Notes: generated from the sequence alone by a model not told the origin. A DNA stretch of 64,000 bases from Tubiluchus corallicola (GCA_030141605.1 JAQGDQ010000132.1:441797-505796), one strand, 5' to 3'. Shown: positions 14,501-47,800, counted from the stretch's first letter. Program-made: numbers and translations.

Positions 14501-15910
14501 ATATGTGCAGTGCTAGAATGCATCACGAATGTGTCGCCATAAATGGAAAAATTTATGCCATTGGTGGACAAAATGAAAAAAGAGAGTTAGTAGTAGTTTA
14601 AATACTAATTATTCCGTTAGTAGTAAAACAGATAATTTGTCAAAATCAGTAATATTTTTGTAAAGGGTCTTACTGCAGCACTTGTGTGAATATGAATAGT
14701 AATGCTGGTTATAATATGATGATCGTGATTATTGTGACGACGACGATGATAATGATGAAGATGACGCCAATGCGACGATGATGATGATGAAGATTACGAC
14801 AGATGATGATGGTGATGACGATGACGATGGTCAGTAATGTTCAGAATTTTGTAGGATTTTGACAAGCGTTGAACGTTACGATCCCAGCTTGAATATGTGG
14901 ACTACAGTAGCGCCGCTGAAGCAGCAGCGGCTCGGTTTTGCAGTTGCTGCCTACCATAACAGGATTTTTGTCGTAGGAGGATTGGGCGATCCAGTCCGGA
15001 AATGTGGCGTGCCGGTTTTGTCCATGGTTGAGGTGTATAGTCCTCGAAAAAACAGGTACCTTTGGAGTTATAAATGTTAATAAACAACTCGCTCAAAGTT
15101 CCAGCTGGTTCAAGATAAGTGTATAATCTAAAGTAAGTGATAATGATTCATTTATATACGCAAGAATGAATGAATTCAGATTCAAAACCTCGATCATGAC
15201 CATGTTTATTAATTGACTACGTCTGGTCCGGGGAAGTTTACTCATGTGTTACTGAGTTTCCGGTATTTGTGACTAATTATCACATGACTGTGCCTGGTCA
15301 GTGCGGTTTATTCATGTGTGACTGAACACTTGATGCGTAACAAAACTCAAAAACTCCATGCCTAACTTTGGTCCTCTAAGAATCCGTGTTACTTGCGGAT
15401 TAAAAAGCTTTTTCTACTCTTTCTACTCTTTTGTGCCTTAAAAAATTAATGTTCAAGAATTAGAACTTATGTAGAAAGTAACCCCACCCATAAAGGTGCC
15501 TGTTCATTACAGTTTCAGCAGTCATTGTCCAGAATGAACCATGTGAAAGCTTTTTTCGAACCATCGCACAATCGAAAAAACTTGTGAACTAATAATATGA
15601 AGTCTTATTCTAGGTGGAACATCAGAAACAACCTGGAAGTTCCGAGATGTTACGCTTCCCTATGTGTAGCTAACGACAGTTTATTCTTAATAGGCGGCGC
15701 CACCGCTGTAGCAGCTGAAAACATTAATCTGAAAAACGAACCCTCAGTGGATATCTACTATGAAGACACTGACTCTTGGGAATTCTTGATACCGATGCCA
15801 CATTCTAGAAGACGGTGTTCTGTAGTTAGTGTAGGTTCGTGTCATTTAATGTGTAGCAGTTAGGATATTATGTGAAGCAATGGTGATATTAGTGATACAT
15901 AATAGCGCAA

Positions 15911-15978
<68 letters not shown>

Positions 15979-16531
15979 AATGACAATGATTAAAAATGAC
16001 GTGTAGATGATGAGGAGAGCAATGTCAAGGAAGTTTAGTGTCTTTTAGTCAATGGTTACAACAAGGGTGGCAGCAGCAATGATACTGCTGTACTATTGCT
16101 GCTAAGTATCTTTCTATTAGTAATGTGGTGACAGAGATGGCGACAATAATGCTGAGGGTGATTGTGCCTGAGATAATAAGGATAATGATGCTGATGATGT
16201 TATACTGTGCGCTTGGTGATAATCACAATAAGCACTGTGGGTTTTACACACTGACCAGTAACAGCACTGGTCTTACTCCACTGACCACTTGTCTCATTAG
16301 TGAATTTTTGGTATGATCTCTTTTTTCCCAGAATCCTACATCTATGTTTTTGGAGGCGCCGCATCGGAAAATACTCGTGAATGTGTTGCTGATGTGGACT
16401 GCTTTGATGCAAAACATCACAAGTGGGTGGAAAATAAAGTCCAGATTCCGAGACCTCTTTTTGGGGCGAAAGTGGCTTTGTTGGACGACAGTGATCAACT
16501 AGCACCTTTCCATGCTTTTAGTCGTCAATGA
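8562..16531 (+). CDS. BTB-BACK-Kelch (KLHL-like) protein paralogue B, about 705 aa
   Basis: Exons 8562-8648, 10062-10218, 10767-11293, 11808-12010, 12205-12289, 12680-12798, 13951-14075, 14393-14585, 14855-15055, 15614-15834, 16332-16531 (TGA); 2118 nt, phases consistent. BTB (FLAHRKLLARRSQYF...LLNYYYG), BACK (VRSEIDVFNAALQWLEYD...CIRF), six GG-type Kelch repeats. The first exon is the least certain. Confidence 0.9.
13600..13740. repeat. Degenerate (GAT)n microsatellite
   Basis: Seen directly; similar tracts at about 14715-14830 and 15911-15990. Confidence 0.9.
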
Positions 16532-17144
16532 CGTTTGGTTGTGGAGAGTAATTAATATGTACACAGGAAGGCTTGATCGGAAAGGTGCTCTTTTCAAGAC
16601 GAAAATTTGAGGTCATTATTTGGCTTGAAATTCAGCCTCATCGAAACTGCACTGTTATTACATGAGTAAGCAGAAGATGAGATAAACGTGTAAAAATAGT
16701 AAAACATTTAGTTTAAAACGTTTCTTGTGTATATGGGAATATATAACTAATGGAAATAAAACACTGTACATAGATTTGGTCTTTTTGAAGAACGTTCTGT
16801 TAGCTATGGTCACAGTTACATTTACTGCTAAAGCTAAAAGCTCTAAGCTAATTCTGGTACCCACATCCATGGGTAAGTCATGATGCTAGAATCTCATTGG
16901 TAGAACAAATAAGTGAAACACAGTGAATACAAATTATCAACCTATAGAAGAACTAGACAACGACAATTGCAGATTACAATGCTGCATAGAGAGAGGTCAA
17001 AGAAAAAGCACGGAAACTTAAGATAACGCTTTTGCTCATTTAATAAAATTTTGTGCTGTGGTTCGTCGCAGGCAATTCTGGCATTATTTAGCTAGGAAAC
17101 CTAAGGCCGGCAAATCTATTAGCACTAATGGAACCATTTGTATT

Positions 17145-17383
17145 GGCTGGTGTAGTTCAATGGTAGCGTACTCGCTTCCCACCCGGGAAGTCATGGGTTC
17201 TACTCCCGACCGAGTCGTACCAAAAACCTAAAAAATGGTACCGCTGGTTCTTCGACCAAAGCACGTCGACGTCGATTTATCGAAGTAACATGCGGGTAAT
17301 AATAATCAGGACCCCTCTGAAATGAGTATTGAGTTACTTAAGGTGCTGGGCTATGACCGAAACGAATTATTATTATTATTATT

Positions 17384-17442
<59 letters not shown>

Positions 17443-17478
17443 CGTCGTCGTTATTGTTATTATTATTATTATTATTAT
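17145..17478 (+). mobile_element. tRNA-Gly(CCC)-derived SINE with microsatellite tail
   Basis: Head GGCTGGTGTAGTTCAATGGTAG (A box)...CTCGCTTCCCACCCGGG (anticodon arm, CCC)...GGGTTCTACTCCC (B box variant). Followed by GTCGTACCAAAAACCTAAAAAATGGTACC, a unique body and a (TTA)n/(TTG)n tail at 17366-17478. Confidence 0.75.
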
Positions 17479-17940
17479 TCGAGCGATCTTGAAGAACACG
17501 CTGCATCGCCCTAAATGTGTTAGTGACAGAACACAAAGTATAAAATTATGGAATGCGTAAGAGAAAAATGAGATTCTCTATAGCAAAATTCTATCCCCTA
17601 TCAGCATTGAAGTTTATGTCACACATGCTTGCAAACATGATATATACTCATCCTTGGGAGGAACATTTAAGCATTGGTTTCATTTATGTTTTCGGATTCT
17701 ACTAATTTAACGTAATTTCGAATGTACTTTAAACGGTGCAAATTGAGTACGGCTTTATTATTACAGGCTTTGAATCCAAGCCGAACACTATCTTATTTTC
17801 AAGGTTGAACTTTTTGTTCTCACAATGACGAATAAATCTCCGTGGGTTTCCAGACAAAAGCCCACGCTCTCAAAATTCTGTCAGTTTGGTGCATGTTTTT
17901 GATTCCTGTATAGCACTTTTCAAAACACAGCTACAAGAAA

Positions 17941-18036
17941 TGACGTCACAGTTGGTGAGGTAATCGTGTGCTGCGCATAACGCTTTCGCATTTAACAACA
18001 TTAGGTACGCATCAAGTGTCTGCGGTTGGGGTAAGT
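17941..18036 (+). promoter_or_regulatory. CRE palindrome TGACGTCA and candidate non-coding first exon of Kelch C
   Basis: TGACGTCA at 17941-17948 followed by a strong donor GG|GTAAGT at 18031; the ATG exon is preceded by an acceptor ending at 20540. Confidence 0.35.
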
Positions 18037-20560
18037 TTAACTTATCTTTAGCAATAATTAGCTAGTAATGGTTTTATTTGCATCATTTTAGTAAAGAAAA
18101 ATAACGTACCTATTCAAATAGGAACGGAAAAAGATTTTGGAAAAAAGGATAGCTTACTGACAATTGAGTCTACACTCATAAGCTAACCGTTATACAGTTT
18201 TATTATCATTTAATTACAGGTTGTAATAAAATTGTATGATTTCACAACTACACTTAAAAATTTAGAGAAATGCATTCAATTTCCTGTTCAATATAATGTG
18301 TAACATTGTTAAATATTTTATTAGTTTTTTGTCTCACTACCTAAACATAACGTAACATATTAATAATTGTAGTTGACGTGCGAGGTCTTAATAGTAAAAA
18401 TATGAGGTTATATTTTTCCTATGCATGGATTGTCAATAATAAGGTCGCAAGTCTCAGAAGTTGGAATAATTCTTCTACATTCATGGTGCTGTACAGAACA
18501 ATAATCAATTAGTAAGACTAAAAACGTGCTATGTGCAGGACTGAACAGAATGTTCTCCTATAGTTGTAGTAAAACAACATACAGGAAACAAAAGTGTCAA
18601 CATCTTTTGAAAGATGAAAACGTTATTGTTAAAAAGCCTTGAGGTTCTCTCACAACTTTCAATGTTGTCACTAGAGAGCATGATAAAATGCAGTTATTGA
18701 GAATTTTGAGATTGTCATTGTATCATTCTGCCGCGTGTCTTATATAAATGGTCCTAAAGAGGAAAGTGGTCCCTGCTAATTTAGTGCTAGTTCTAATTGA
18801 CGATTTGCACTTACCACAGCATAGATGGGATCCATGGAAACACAGTACAGAAACGACGAATACTTTATTAAAATTCATTCATTCGGTCATTGGATACCAC
18901 TGTATTGAAAAGTTATTGAAAGTACTTTGGTCGACGACTGTTCGAAATTGGTAGGAAAATCTTGTGAAATGTTTCATGTCAAGAACCCACAATTAACTAA
19001 CTTTTGACAGGAAATGTGAAAAAGCTGGAATACAGCCAGAATTTGAACAAGGCTCGCTGAGACTGGTGAACGTGGCAGTTCACAGTCTTCATAACTGCCA
19101 CCCAAATTCAGTACTTCCAATGTTAGATCACTTGCAATAGAATGATTCACAGTGACGTTAATATGTCTTGAGTAAGATTCGTTGTTTTGTTTTACTTGCT
19201 AAGAAAATCCCAGCATTAGCTAAGTAAGCTCAAAGGATATTAGGATCTCCTGTTGTATATATCCCCTTACTTATATCAGGTTGGCGCAAATATCCGCCGA
19301 AGTTTTGGTAATGATATTATAAGAAGATATTAACGGAGTCTCTCGAAATTGCCGGACTGTTGTTTCATAAGGTAATATATGTCTAAAAACTAACAATTTA
19401 GGTCGTTCCGTTAGATTTTTCCTAAGGTACAGATATTTTCAGAGCTATTAAGCCCATTCATATCATAAAGCTAATCTACTGATATAAAATAGTGCTTAAG
19501 TGGTAAAATGACTTTACATTTTGTCTTTACATTATACATCCATTTTTAAGACTTAAGAGATGTTTAACCCCAGTATTCAACAATTTTTGTATTTTACTCC
19601 TCTACATCAAATGGCTCTATGTGGCCGTCGTTCGCACTCTTTCTCTTCAAAAGAAATGCAGACGCCGTAATTCGGAGCATCAACTTGCTTTTTTTCTTGA
19701 CACCAAATCTTTGTCAGTGCTTTATTTTCTGTGGTGAAAACCATGATAAAAACTGATTGATTTCTTTATTGTTTTACTACCATGTATTGAGTACTTTGCC
19801 CGTCAACGTTGCTGTTTCTCAATTGGTGATTAGCTGACATTGTCTTGACATTTAATTTTCAAACATACGAAAGCATCTGTAACTCAAAAGAGCCACTCAG
19901 GTATACACTTGTAACTTTTCACAGTCAAACGACACCATGTATTTTAATACCAGACTGTGAATTTCAATTTTGTGAGGCACTTTTGCTAATATTATTTTAG
20001 TCTAAATTTCTCTAAAAGTCCGATATGATAGGGGTGCCTGGTAGGGGTGATGAAAGTCAAAGACACTGTTGTGAATCCTGTGCATCCTTTTCATGCAAAC
20101 TATACTTTCATGAGCACTAATCGTAGACTTCATGCCTTATCTTGTAACATAGGATATAGGAACGCATTTGTTCCTAACAGTGTGTTCATATACAATCATC
20201 AGCAATGATTTTTAACATTGTTTTCTTTAAAGTCAGTCCATTTTATTTGGTAGCCTCAATCGTTATGTCGGGTCGGCGCTTGTTTTTCACATGACCGGCT
20301 TGTATCTAAACTGTGTTTTTAGTTATTGTTTTTTGTTGTTGATTTTGTTCTCTTTGCTGTAACAAACCTAACAAAATTCCTGGGGTAAAAAATCTAACAA
20401 ATAATCTTAATCTAAATCTAATAAATAATCTATAAAAAATTGAATCTAAATTTTAAACCATTACGTACATTTCTGCATGCTACACAATGAAATGTTAGAT
20501 TTATAATAATTAAAAATTTTAAGTTGATAATGTTGTTTAGCTGTCTAGGCCTAAAAGGCA

Positions 20561-39383
<18,823 letters not shown>

Positions 39384-39642
39384 TGTACAACCTGTCGATT
39401 TTCCAACAGCATCTGATGTGCAAAACCATATTGTCATGTCCTGCATCTTCGAACAAAAACTGCCAATCAAAGACTTTGTAAAATTGTTATTGTAGAAAAG
39501 TATTAATTTTTGAGTTAAGGGTATAAAATAACCGTTGTAATGTACTTTTCAAATATGAACAGTCTCATCAGTTATCTTACATATGAAAAAATACTGAACA
39601 ACAGTGAAAAAACAAAAGCTAAGAAAGCAGTTGTTAACCATA

Positions 39643-39664
39643 AATAAAATTTTAACACTTTATT
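39643..39664. terminator. Opposed poly(A) signals between the convergent Kelch C and SLC6 genes
   Basis: + strand AATAAA at 39643-39648; - strand AATAAA (TTTATT) at 39659-39664. Confidence 0.4.
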
Positions 39665-40289
39665 TCTGTTAAAAATCCATAACATTAATGGAAAATTTTC
39701 TTAGCGTCAATTTCAAAACATAAACGTCTATGTCATACCTAATCTTGCTCAAAAAACACTACTACATAACACGTGAATACACTTTCAATCTTAACTCAAT
39801 TTAATAGCAATTAAAAATGCTACACTAAAAGTTGGGAAACATAGTATGCAAAAATATACAAAAACACCTTTTCACTGCACAAATGATACGTGTATATCAA
39901 ATTTACGATAATGGTTTTAAATATTTGGAATGTGTACACCGAGAGACGTAGGTATAAAAATCTAGTAGAAAAATACAATGATAAAATATAACGCATAGCT
40001 ATGAAAAAATACATTTTATGTAATTTAAACACAAAAGTCAATAAGTACGACAATAATACTAAACTATAGTTTGGTTTGCCTCTTTTTGGTACTCAAAATT
40101 TTTGGTCACACTTGCCTAATAATCAGCCTAATTATTCAAAAACATCACAATTTCTAACAATTCTAAACTACAAAAATTTACAAATATTTAAGACTTTTAC
40201 ATTCAAGTTGATCAATATTTTTCATAATTAATACAGATTTTGAAGTAAACATTATGGTACCAGTACTATAAAAGGTTTAATATCGCAAT

Positions 40290-40462
40290 GCTGAAACTAA
40301 GTCTTAAAACACAAAACTCTACAAAAAGCACCATTTACATGACTACAAAAAATCTCCTATTTACCGTTTGCTCACAAAGCTGAACTTAAGTCTTACAATA
40401 CAAAACTCTACAAAAAGCACCATTTACATGACTACGAAAAATCTCTCATTTACCGTTTGCTC
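40290..40462. repeat. 89-bp direct tandem duplication
   Basis: GCTGAA..TAAGTCTTA..ACAAAACTCTACAAAAAGCACCATTTACATGACTAC..TTTACCGTTTGCTC at 40290 and 40379. Confidence 0.92.
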
Positions 40463-41823
40463 TTTAGATAAATTAAGAATACCCTGACTAGCAAATTAAC
40501 TATCTGATAATATAGCTCATAAATTTATTACTCACCTACTGCTGTACATAATTACAAGACGCATAGGTGAACGTTTTTATGAAACCTTGAGGCACAAACT
40601 GCACGTAACACAGGACAACTCTAATAAACAATAACTACTACTACTACTATCTAAAATGCAACATTGTCTACAGGCAAGTGAGAAATAGTGTACAATAAAG
40701 CTAAGTTGAAAAAACTGAAATAATTCTGTAACGTACAAGTCAGGTAATCAAATTTATTCGAACGTTCGATTCAAATTGGCATTAAAAATGTTCAATTCGA
40801 TTTAACTACATCTCCAAATTCGAAAAATTTGTGCAATTGTCGCCGCGTCATGTTCGTAAGAAAACCACATTGTTATTACGCATCAGACAATGTTATCATG
40901 GGCCACGATTGCGAACGTCTGAATTTGTTTTTTAAAGGAAAAAAGCGTGAGTGTATCTGATAACCCTTGACAAAATTTCATAATCTGGGGCTCGCTTCAA
41001 AGCTAAAAATTGGCAAAAAACACCTTTAAATTTGGAAATTTTTGAAACTGAATATTTGCAAGTAGTAATGCAAGTTATTGCAATAAAAAAACAAAAGGCT
41101 AGTCAGTTAGCAGTAGGTCCAATTTAAAACTTCACGCTAATTTGAAACTATAAAAATACTACCGTTATTTCAACTTTTAGTCAGTACGATTTGATTTTAT
41201 TCAAACTAGTTAGTAACAGTACAAATTACAAATCCTTGTTAACAATTTCTTACTCAATTGATGCAAAAGTTGATTACCTGATTTGAAAAATTTCGAATTT
41301 GAAATTTTCCATTCGACAGCCAACGTTAGCGACCATATATTGCAATGTTGTGGAGACACACGTGGTATGGCCTGCCCAATATCTGTAACATGCTACAATC
41401 GATGATGAAAAAGCCATTGAATAATAATTGTAACAAAGCTGAGAGACTTTCAAGGTTTCATAACAAAATACATGCGGTTTTAGCTTTGCCAGTCTGATGA
41501 CACCACAAACATGGAATATGTTGACTAGAACTGTCAGTATACTTTCTGGTTTGTTACAATTTTTTGGTGACACAAAAAAATCACTAAGGTAAGTTACCAT
41601 CAGGAAACGAACGCACATTGATCTAAACTTAAGCCTGTAACTACCTGAATAAGAATATAATTTACATGCAGCTAACGATAAAGAAAAAGGCAAACAAAAG
41701 AATTTATATCTAAAATAAAAAAGCACTTAGTACAAACTTAAAAATGGAATATTTCAAATAAAAACACTACAAAAGTTAATTTAGAAATAATTCTTTTACC
41801 AGAACTGGTAAAAGCATAAAATA

Positions 41824-44800
41824 TCAGCAAGTTGTTTCTTTGATGACAAGGTCCTCACATTCAGAAATACTTAATCTACTCCTGTCACTTGATTTATCCG
41901 ACCCATCATTAGCAGCTACATTGCTCTCATCTATTGCTCTCATTCTGCTCTTCAGTTCTAAAAGGCAAGGCAAATCTTCTGGTCTGTATTCATGATGTGC
42001 TGCTGGTATGTGATGAGACAGACCAAGTCTATCGTTTGGATGATAAAATTCAACGTGTGTGGCAGCACTTTCACTCGTGCTCCTTTGTCGCTTAGCGACA
42101 GCACCAGATACGGAGAGCCTGGGCTTTGCTGATGCTTTGTCGCTGTCTGACGCTATTTTCGACCACATCTTTCCCGCTAACGTGTCGCTCAAGGAACGCT
42201 TCAGGCCGCTTTTGCTAGACTGTTTACGTTCCACACTAAGTGAATGTCTTCGAGACTCATCCGATTCACTAGGTGATAAAACTTCAACGACAGTCAGTAC
42301 AACTTCTTCCCCGACAGGTGAACCCCCATCTCCTGATAAAGGAATCCGTATGTTCTCCTGTCGTACAACGTGACCTACCGTCTCCTTTGAGATACTCAGT
42401 TTCTTTTTGATATCCTGTAAAATAATTCATATTTAGCAAATATATATTAAATAGGAATCAGAGACACACAAACAATTAGTATTATGCTCGAGCATTATAT
42501 TGTAGTGGGATGATAGTTAATGCTAGGGGATGGTAGCAGATCGGTTTCAAATGCAGGCAGTTCGGACAACAAGAGATCCTGATTCAATAATGAAAATTCT
42601 GCGTTCATGTATTCCAGCCTGTGTTCTGTAGAAAAGTGAACATTGATACAGATAAATTAATGTTAAAAGACCTGCCAGTAACTTATCTTGCATCTTATTT
42701 ATCCATACCAGTTGGGCTGTAGAACAGGTGCTTATATTGTACATGCATCCATCCACCTACTACCTATTGAATCAACAAGGCTATTCCATATCAGAAATTT
42801 TAAACTGTTATACAATGCTGATATGCAATGGCTTCATAATGGATCGAACCATCACAACATGGAGGTAAGGGGTGAAAATAAATGACTTTTCGCCGTCGAA
42901 ACAATATTATCGGGTGCCACTGCCTCAAGCAACTAAACTCAGCAAGTGAAGATTTCAGATAAGTTAGTGAGTAAGCTTTGAACCTGAATAGATCATAGAG
43001 TACATATCAAGATGTAGAATTTTGCTACTACCAAGCAATGGTTCAAATTTTAAAATTAAGTATAATCCTTAAAAATGTAATAACTTTGGGCTGTTGAATC
43101 ACAATACTACAATTTGGTTGCTGATTTTGAAATAGTAAATCGCCCAAGTAACGACAGCAGCAACATCTTTTCACATGTGAATCAAACAAGATTTCAAATT
43201 CAATTCATCCAAATATTTCCTGAACAAAATTCTTTTGACAAATGCAAATATTGCAGTACCCAAACATGACAAGCAAATCTGCAAAACCTGCACACTGTGA
43301 AAGGTTTTCACTTAGTCAACATGGGTAACATTTCTTTAATGGTAAATTGTAGATTAAATGGTACATTATCATGTACACAGTCAAGTGATTAAGCTAGTAC
43401 CTTCTACAGTCTTGAATTACATATCATCTAATAATTGACTCTCATTTATTATAGATATTTATAACAAATGAACTTAATAACAGGAGCCAACTAAAACATA
43501 AAAAACAATTTTTATTAACTTCCCAACCTTAACTTTATCATTAACATTAGTTCTTCTTTTTATGCAATTATACAAAAGGCAATAGCTGTCAAATTGCGGA
43601 AGTGCCAATGAGTGAGACCACAGCCAAAACAGCTAGGGGGCATGAGGAAGCGATGTAAGCTTTCTCCTGAATTTTAAAGGTTGATAGAGAAGCTTTTGGC
43701 AAGCAAAAGTCAAGGAATTTTTACTTAAACTTGGCTACTTATTGATAATTTAGCAACATTTTGTGTTATAAAAATGAAATATTTAAACTCGTATCTTATC
43801 CTTTAATCAATAATAGCCGTAATTTTTTTCGATGCCAACATGTTTCAATTATTCAATGATGGCTTATTGAATAGCAAAGATGAGATGAATGGCATGCATT
43901 TTCGTGTAATTTCCAAGGCGTGTAAGATCTGTTTAAAAATCGGTAAAACAAGATTCAGGGCCCAAAAGCAGTCCACGATAAAAATGTGAATCACGGTTCA
44001 CAAACAACATAATAGGCTAAAATTGCAGCATCGTCACCAGTGTTGTAAGGTAACAATCGTTCTGTAAAACCTTGTTATGTACATTTATGTTATTATAGTT
44101 CTTAGTGACTGGGGCATGGAGAATAAATGCTTTTCCTCCAAGTAGCCGTTTTGAGTTAGTCACCACAGAAAGTTGAAAGTAAGTAAAAACAAACGTGTTG
44201 CGCGATGTTAAATAAATGAGAAAGCCAATTTTTTCTTAATTATTGACAAAAGCTAAAAATGCGTGAATTCATCACGGTTGTAGATGAGAACATGAATTCA
44301 AGGTCAACTGCAGGAGTCTCACACACAATGTGTGACACACGATAAGTCTGTTAATAATAATAAATTAATTTACATGAATTAAACAATTTCAACAATCTAT
44401 CTAAGAAAACATTACATACCTTTAGTGTGTCGTACGGAGGTGGTATATCAGCACCTGGGCACACTCCAGTTGTCGCCGGTTCTTCTATGCCAGACAGGTT
44501 CCGAGGAAGGTGGACATGAGACTTCACCTGACCAATTGGCCAGTGTCTGTTCGGAACCTGAATAATGGTCACTCGTGTGTCAAGGCAATAAATGATTTTA
44601 AAATGTCACAAAGATGCAAAATTGGGGTTATTTTAGTTATGTTTTTCAATCTACACATATGCACATATCCACTCAGCTATGAAGTGCACCACCTATTCAC
44701 GTTTTCAAAGCGAGTTTCACAATTATTGCATTGCTTTGCCTCAAATAGTTAGTGAAAAAAATCTTATCTGTCACTCCTTATAAAAATGAAATACACACTT

Positions 44801-47800
44801 TTAACAGAAAGCAGAAACAGAAGCATTCATGCATTCATCCCTGAAAACAGTAGTAAAACAAAGTTTATCTGTAAGCATAGTTCGAAGTTTAGAATAAGTA
44901 CCGGTGTTTTGAGAATTGTCCTGCGACGCCATCTAGTGTGAATACCATAAACAATGGCACAGCCAGGAATGAATATTGTAGGTAGTACAACTAGCGCCCA
45001 GCCTAGTCTCTCTGCCCATAAAGGATATTCATTATGCGGATTTGCTGCTTGACCACCATATGTCAGTGATGTGTGGTCAGCTACATTCCATAACCAGATC
45101 GCCTGTAATAAGAAATGTAAACATTACCCACATGGGTTAATATGCTTAAGCAAATGCAGAATGCGAACATAGTAGTTATAATTTTCTCATTACAGCAAGA
45201 AAAAATTAAGCATATTTTAGCAACTCTGTATCATTGGTTTTAAAATGTCAGTGCCTAAAAATTGACCCTGAGAAATGCTGAACAACTAAAATCAAATTAC
45301 AAATCTGTTTAGATGTTTAGCTTCTTTTTTTGAAAATACCGTAAAAGGAATTCGATTAACACCTTAACAAGAACTTTTTCATGCTGTAAACTGTCTGCAC
45401 GATGAAGTAATAGAACATTTGGTCAACTGTGCTACAATCTCTGTACATACCATCACTTCTACCTATTGACCAATTCAATTCCCGGTCCAAAAATGTACAA
45501 TATATCAAAATGCATTGAGCCTGCATATTAGTGGTCGATTTACTCACTGATAAACAGACTGGAGAAACAAGCTTCCAGCATAACTTAAAGTACACACAAG
45601 GTTTGGTCCCAGTCATATCCTCAATGGCTTCAGCTAACAGTTGAGTACCTTTGTAAATAAACAAATAATTGTTTATCGTTTGTTTTGTTTTGTTAATCAA
45701 AAATCACTTGCTTATGTAAGGCACAGACATTTGAAGACAATCCAAAGACTCTTGCAACAAACATATATTAATTAATTACATTGACGGAAAAGCGTGAATA
45801 TTTCTAGCAACATCAGTTAAACTATCAGTAATAAGTTACAGTTTTTAAGAATGAATACAAATTTATGTACCCAGAAAGTGGCTTAGCTAAAACTGCAAGT
45901 CCAAAATGTGTAAAATATGTGGTATTTCATCTTTAAAGCAAACATAAAAAACAATTCATGTCACACAATACATACATTCCACAGTTGTAGAATCGGCGCC
46001 GAAAGTCTAATCAATTTCGACAACGATTTCCAAGAGTGCTTAAAACTTCAACTCTAGCTCTTACTCAGGACTTTGAGGTATTTAATTAAGCAGACCCAAC
46101 CAGTTCTGCGGATTTTATATCAAGAACTTCTAAGTAAAGGTACTATTTATATTTATTTTTAAGGCAGGAGAATCAATTAATTGTACCTTAGCTAATGAGA
46201 GTAGGAGCTTAAGTTGTAAAAGCTTATAGCATAGTGACGGTTTAGCATGACTTTAAAGAAATAATTCAAATATTTGAACTAAAAACTACCTCAATTGAAC
46301 ATCGTGGTTCAGCTTTACATGAAAATAATGCTACATTGACTTAAAACTGCATTATATTAAGCTGGAGTCCAAAAGACGCTCAGACACTTACTGATTCTCT
46401 CTCCTCCCAAAACTGACCAACTCTTTAACTCCATCTCCTGACTCTGTCTCTCCAATCCTAGGAAACTGTAGACTTACTACTACCAAAACCATCATTCACA
46501 CCCAATCAACACACCATTCCCTACCACACATTCTGTATACATGTTTACATAACCTAAGCGCACTTACCAAAACCATATGAAACGGCCAATATGCCACAGA
46601 CTGCTACAAATATCAATGCAATCTCACCAACAAAGAAATCGCAGAGTTGAATTATGTAAACACCACCCTAGAACGATACCATTGTATGTGTCTTAATAGC
46701 TTAAAAATAAGCATGTTTTTGAAAACGTTAATCTTAACTTAAACTGGATCAAATTAATCCATTTTTATTTACAAATAAAAATCACCATACAAATTTCACT
46801 GAAAATAGAAAAAAAATAATCTTTTCTGTTTTTCTGAATGTGAGATGTAAAACAATTCATATTATCTCAGTAGTGGATAGACAAATAGCTAATTAGATAC
46901 ATATAGCTAATTAGATACAAACATACTTTGTGTCTTAACATATTGTTGATCATAACATAACAATTCATATAAATACAAATGGAAAAGCTAGGAAAAACCA
47001 CAGATGGTTGTTACTTAATTGGTTTTCTTTCTGAAACATCACCTATGTATACATGTAATCATGAACCAAGTTTTTGTTATAGTTTTGCAATACAAATAAT
47101 CAGTGGTGATATTTGTAGTTTATATATGAGAAAATACCTGACTTTTGTAACTGATAAATGCAGCAGAAAGGTGAAGTAAGGTTTTACAGTAAATAGCATT
47201 ACAAACATAAAATGTGGAACTTTTTCTCCAGTAGCACTGGCATTGCAAATTATATAGATGAATTAATCTAGTAGTACAACAAACCAAATGCTACAAGCAA
47301 AGTATAGCTGGGTTAATACTTTGTCATCATTTTTGTGACCTTTGCAACACATACATAAAAATTTGTAAACTAACTGCAAATAATGTAGATAATCAATTTT
47401 CCAGCCAATCACATATTAAATCTTATACCAACACAAGCAAAATTTTAATCGACAAATATTTCCAAGCGTTACTAGATATATGTACTTCTTATTGCAGCAT
47501 CAAGCTTATACATACCTCTGTGACGTAGATGAGACCAATGACGTAAAGAAGACAACAGACAAGAAAGACAAGTGCTTCATGGTAAACAAGATGGCGCTTG
47601 ATCCACATGTGGTAACGGTCAGTGATGCTGGTCAAGAACGTCTCTGTGACACCAAACTAAAAAAGCATGCTCAGAATGAAAACCTTAACTAAGCAAAAGA
47701 AAATGCAGCAAAAACAACTCTACATAAAATAAAATTGACACCCAGCACCCACTTAACAAAAGGCATGGTTTTTATTCAGACACAATATCTGCAAAGTTTC

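Noticed and set aside
17145-17216. Functional tRNA-Gly(CCC) gene
   Set aside because: Mismatch in the anticodon stem, poor acceptor stem, altered T loop (TTCTA) and no poly-T terminator; it continues into a SINE-like body and tail.
41824-42234. Standalone 136-aa gene
   Set aside because: The frame stays open to an acceptor at 42415 and joins the SLC6 exons in phase, so it is the last SLC6 exon.
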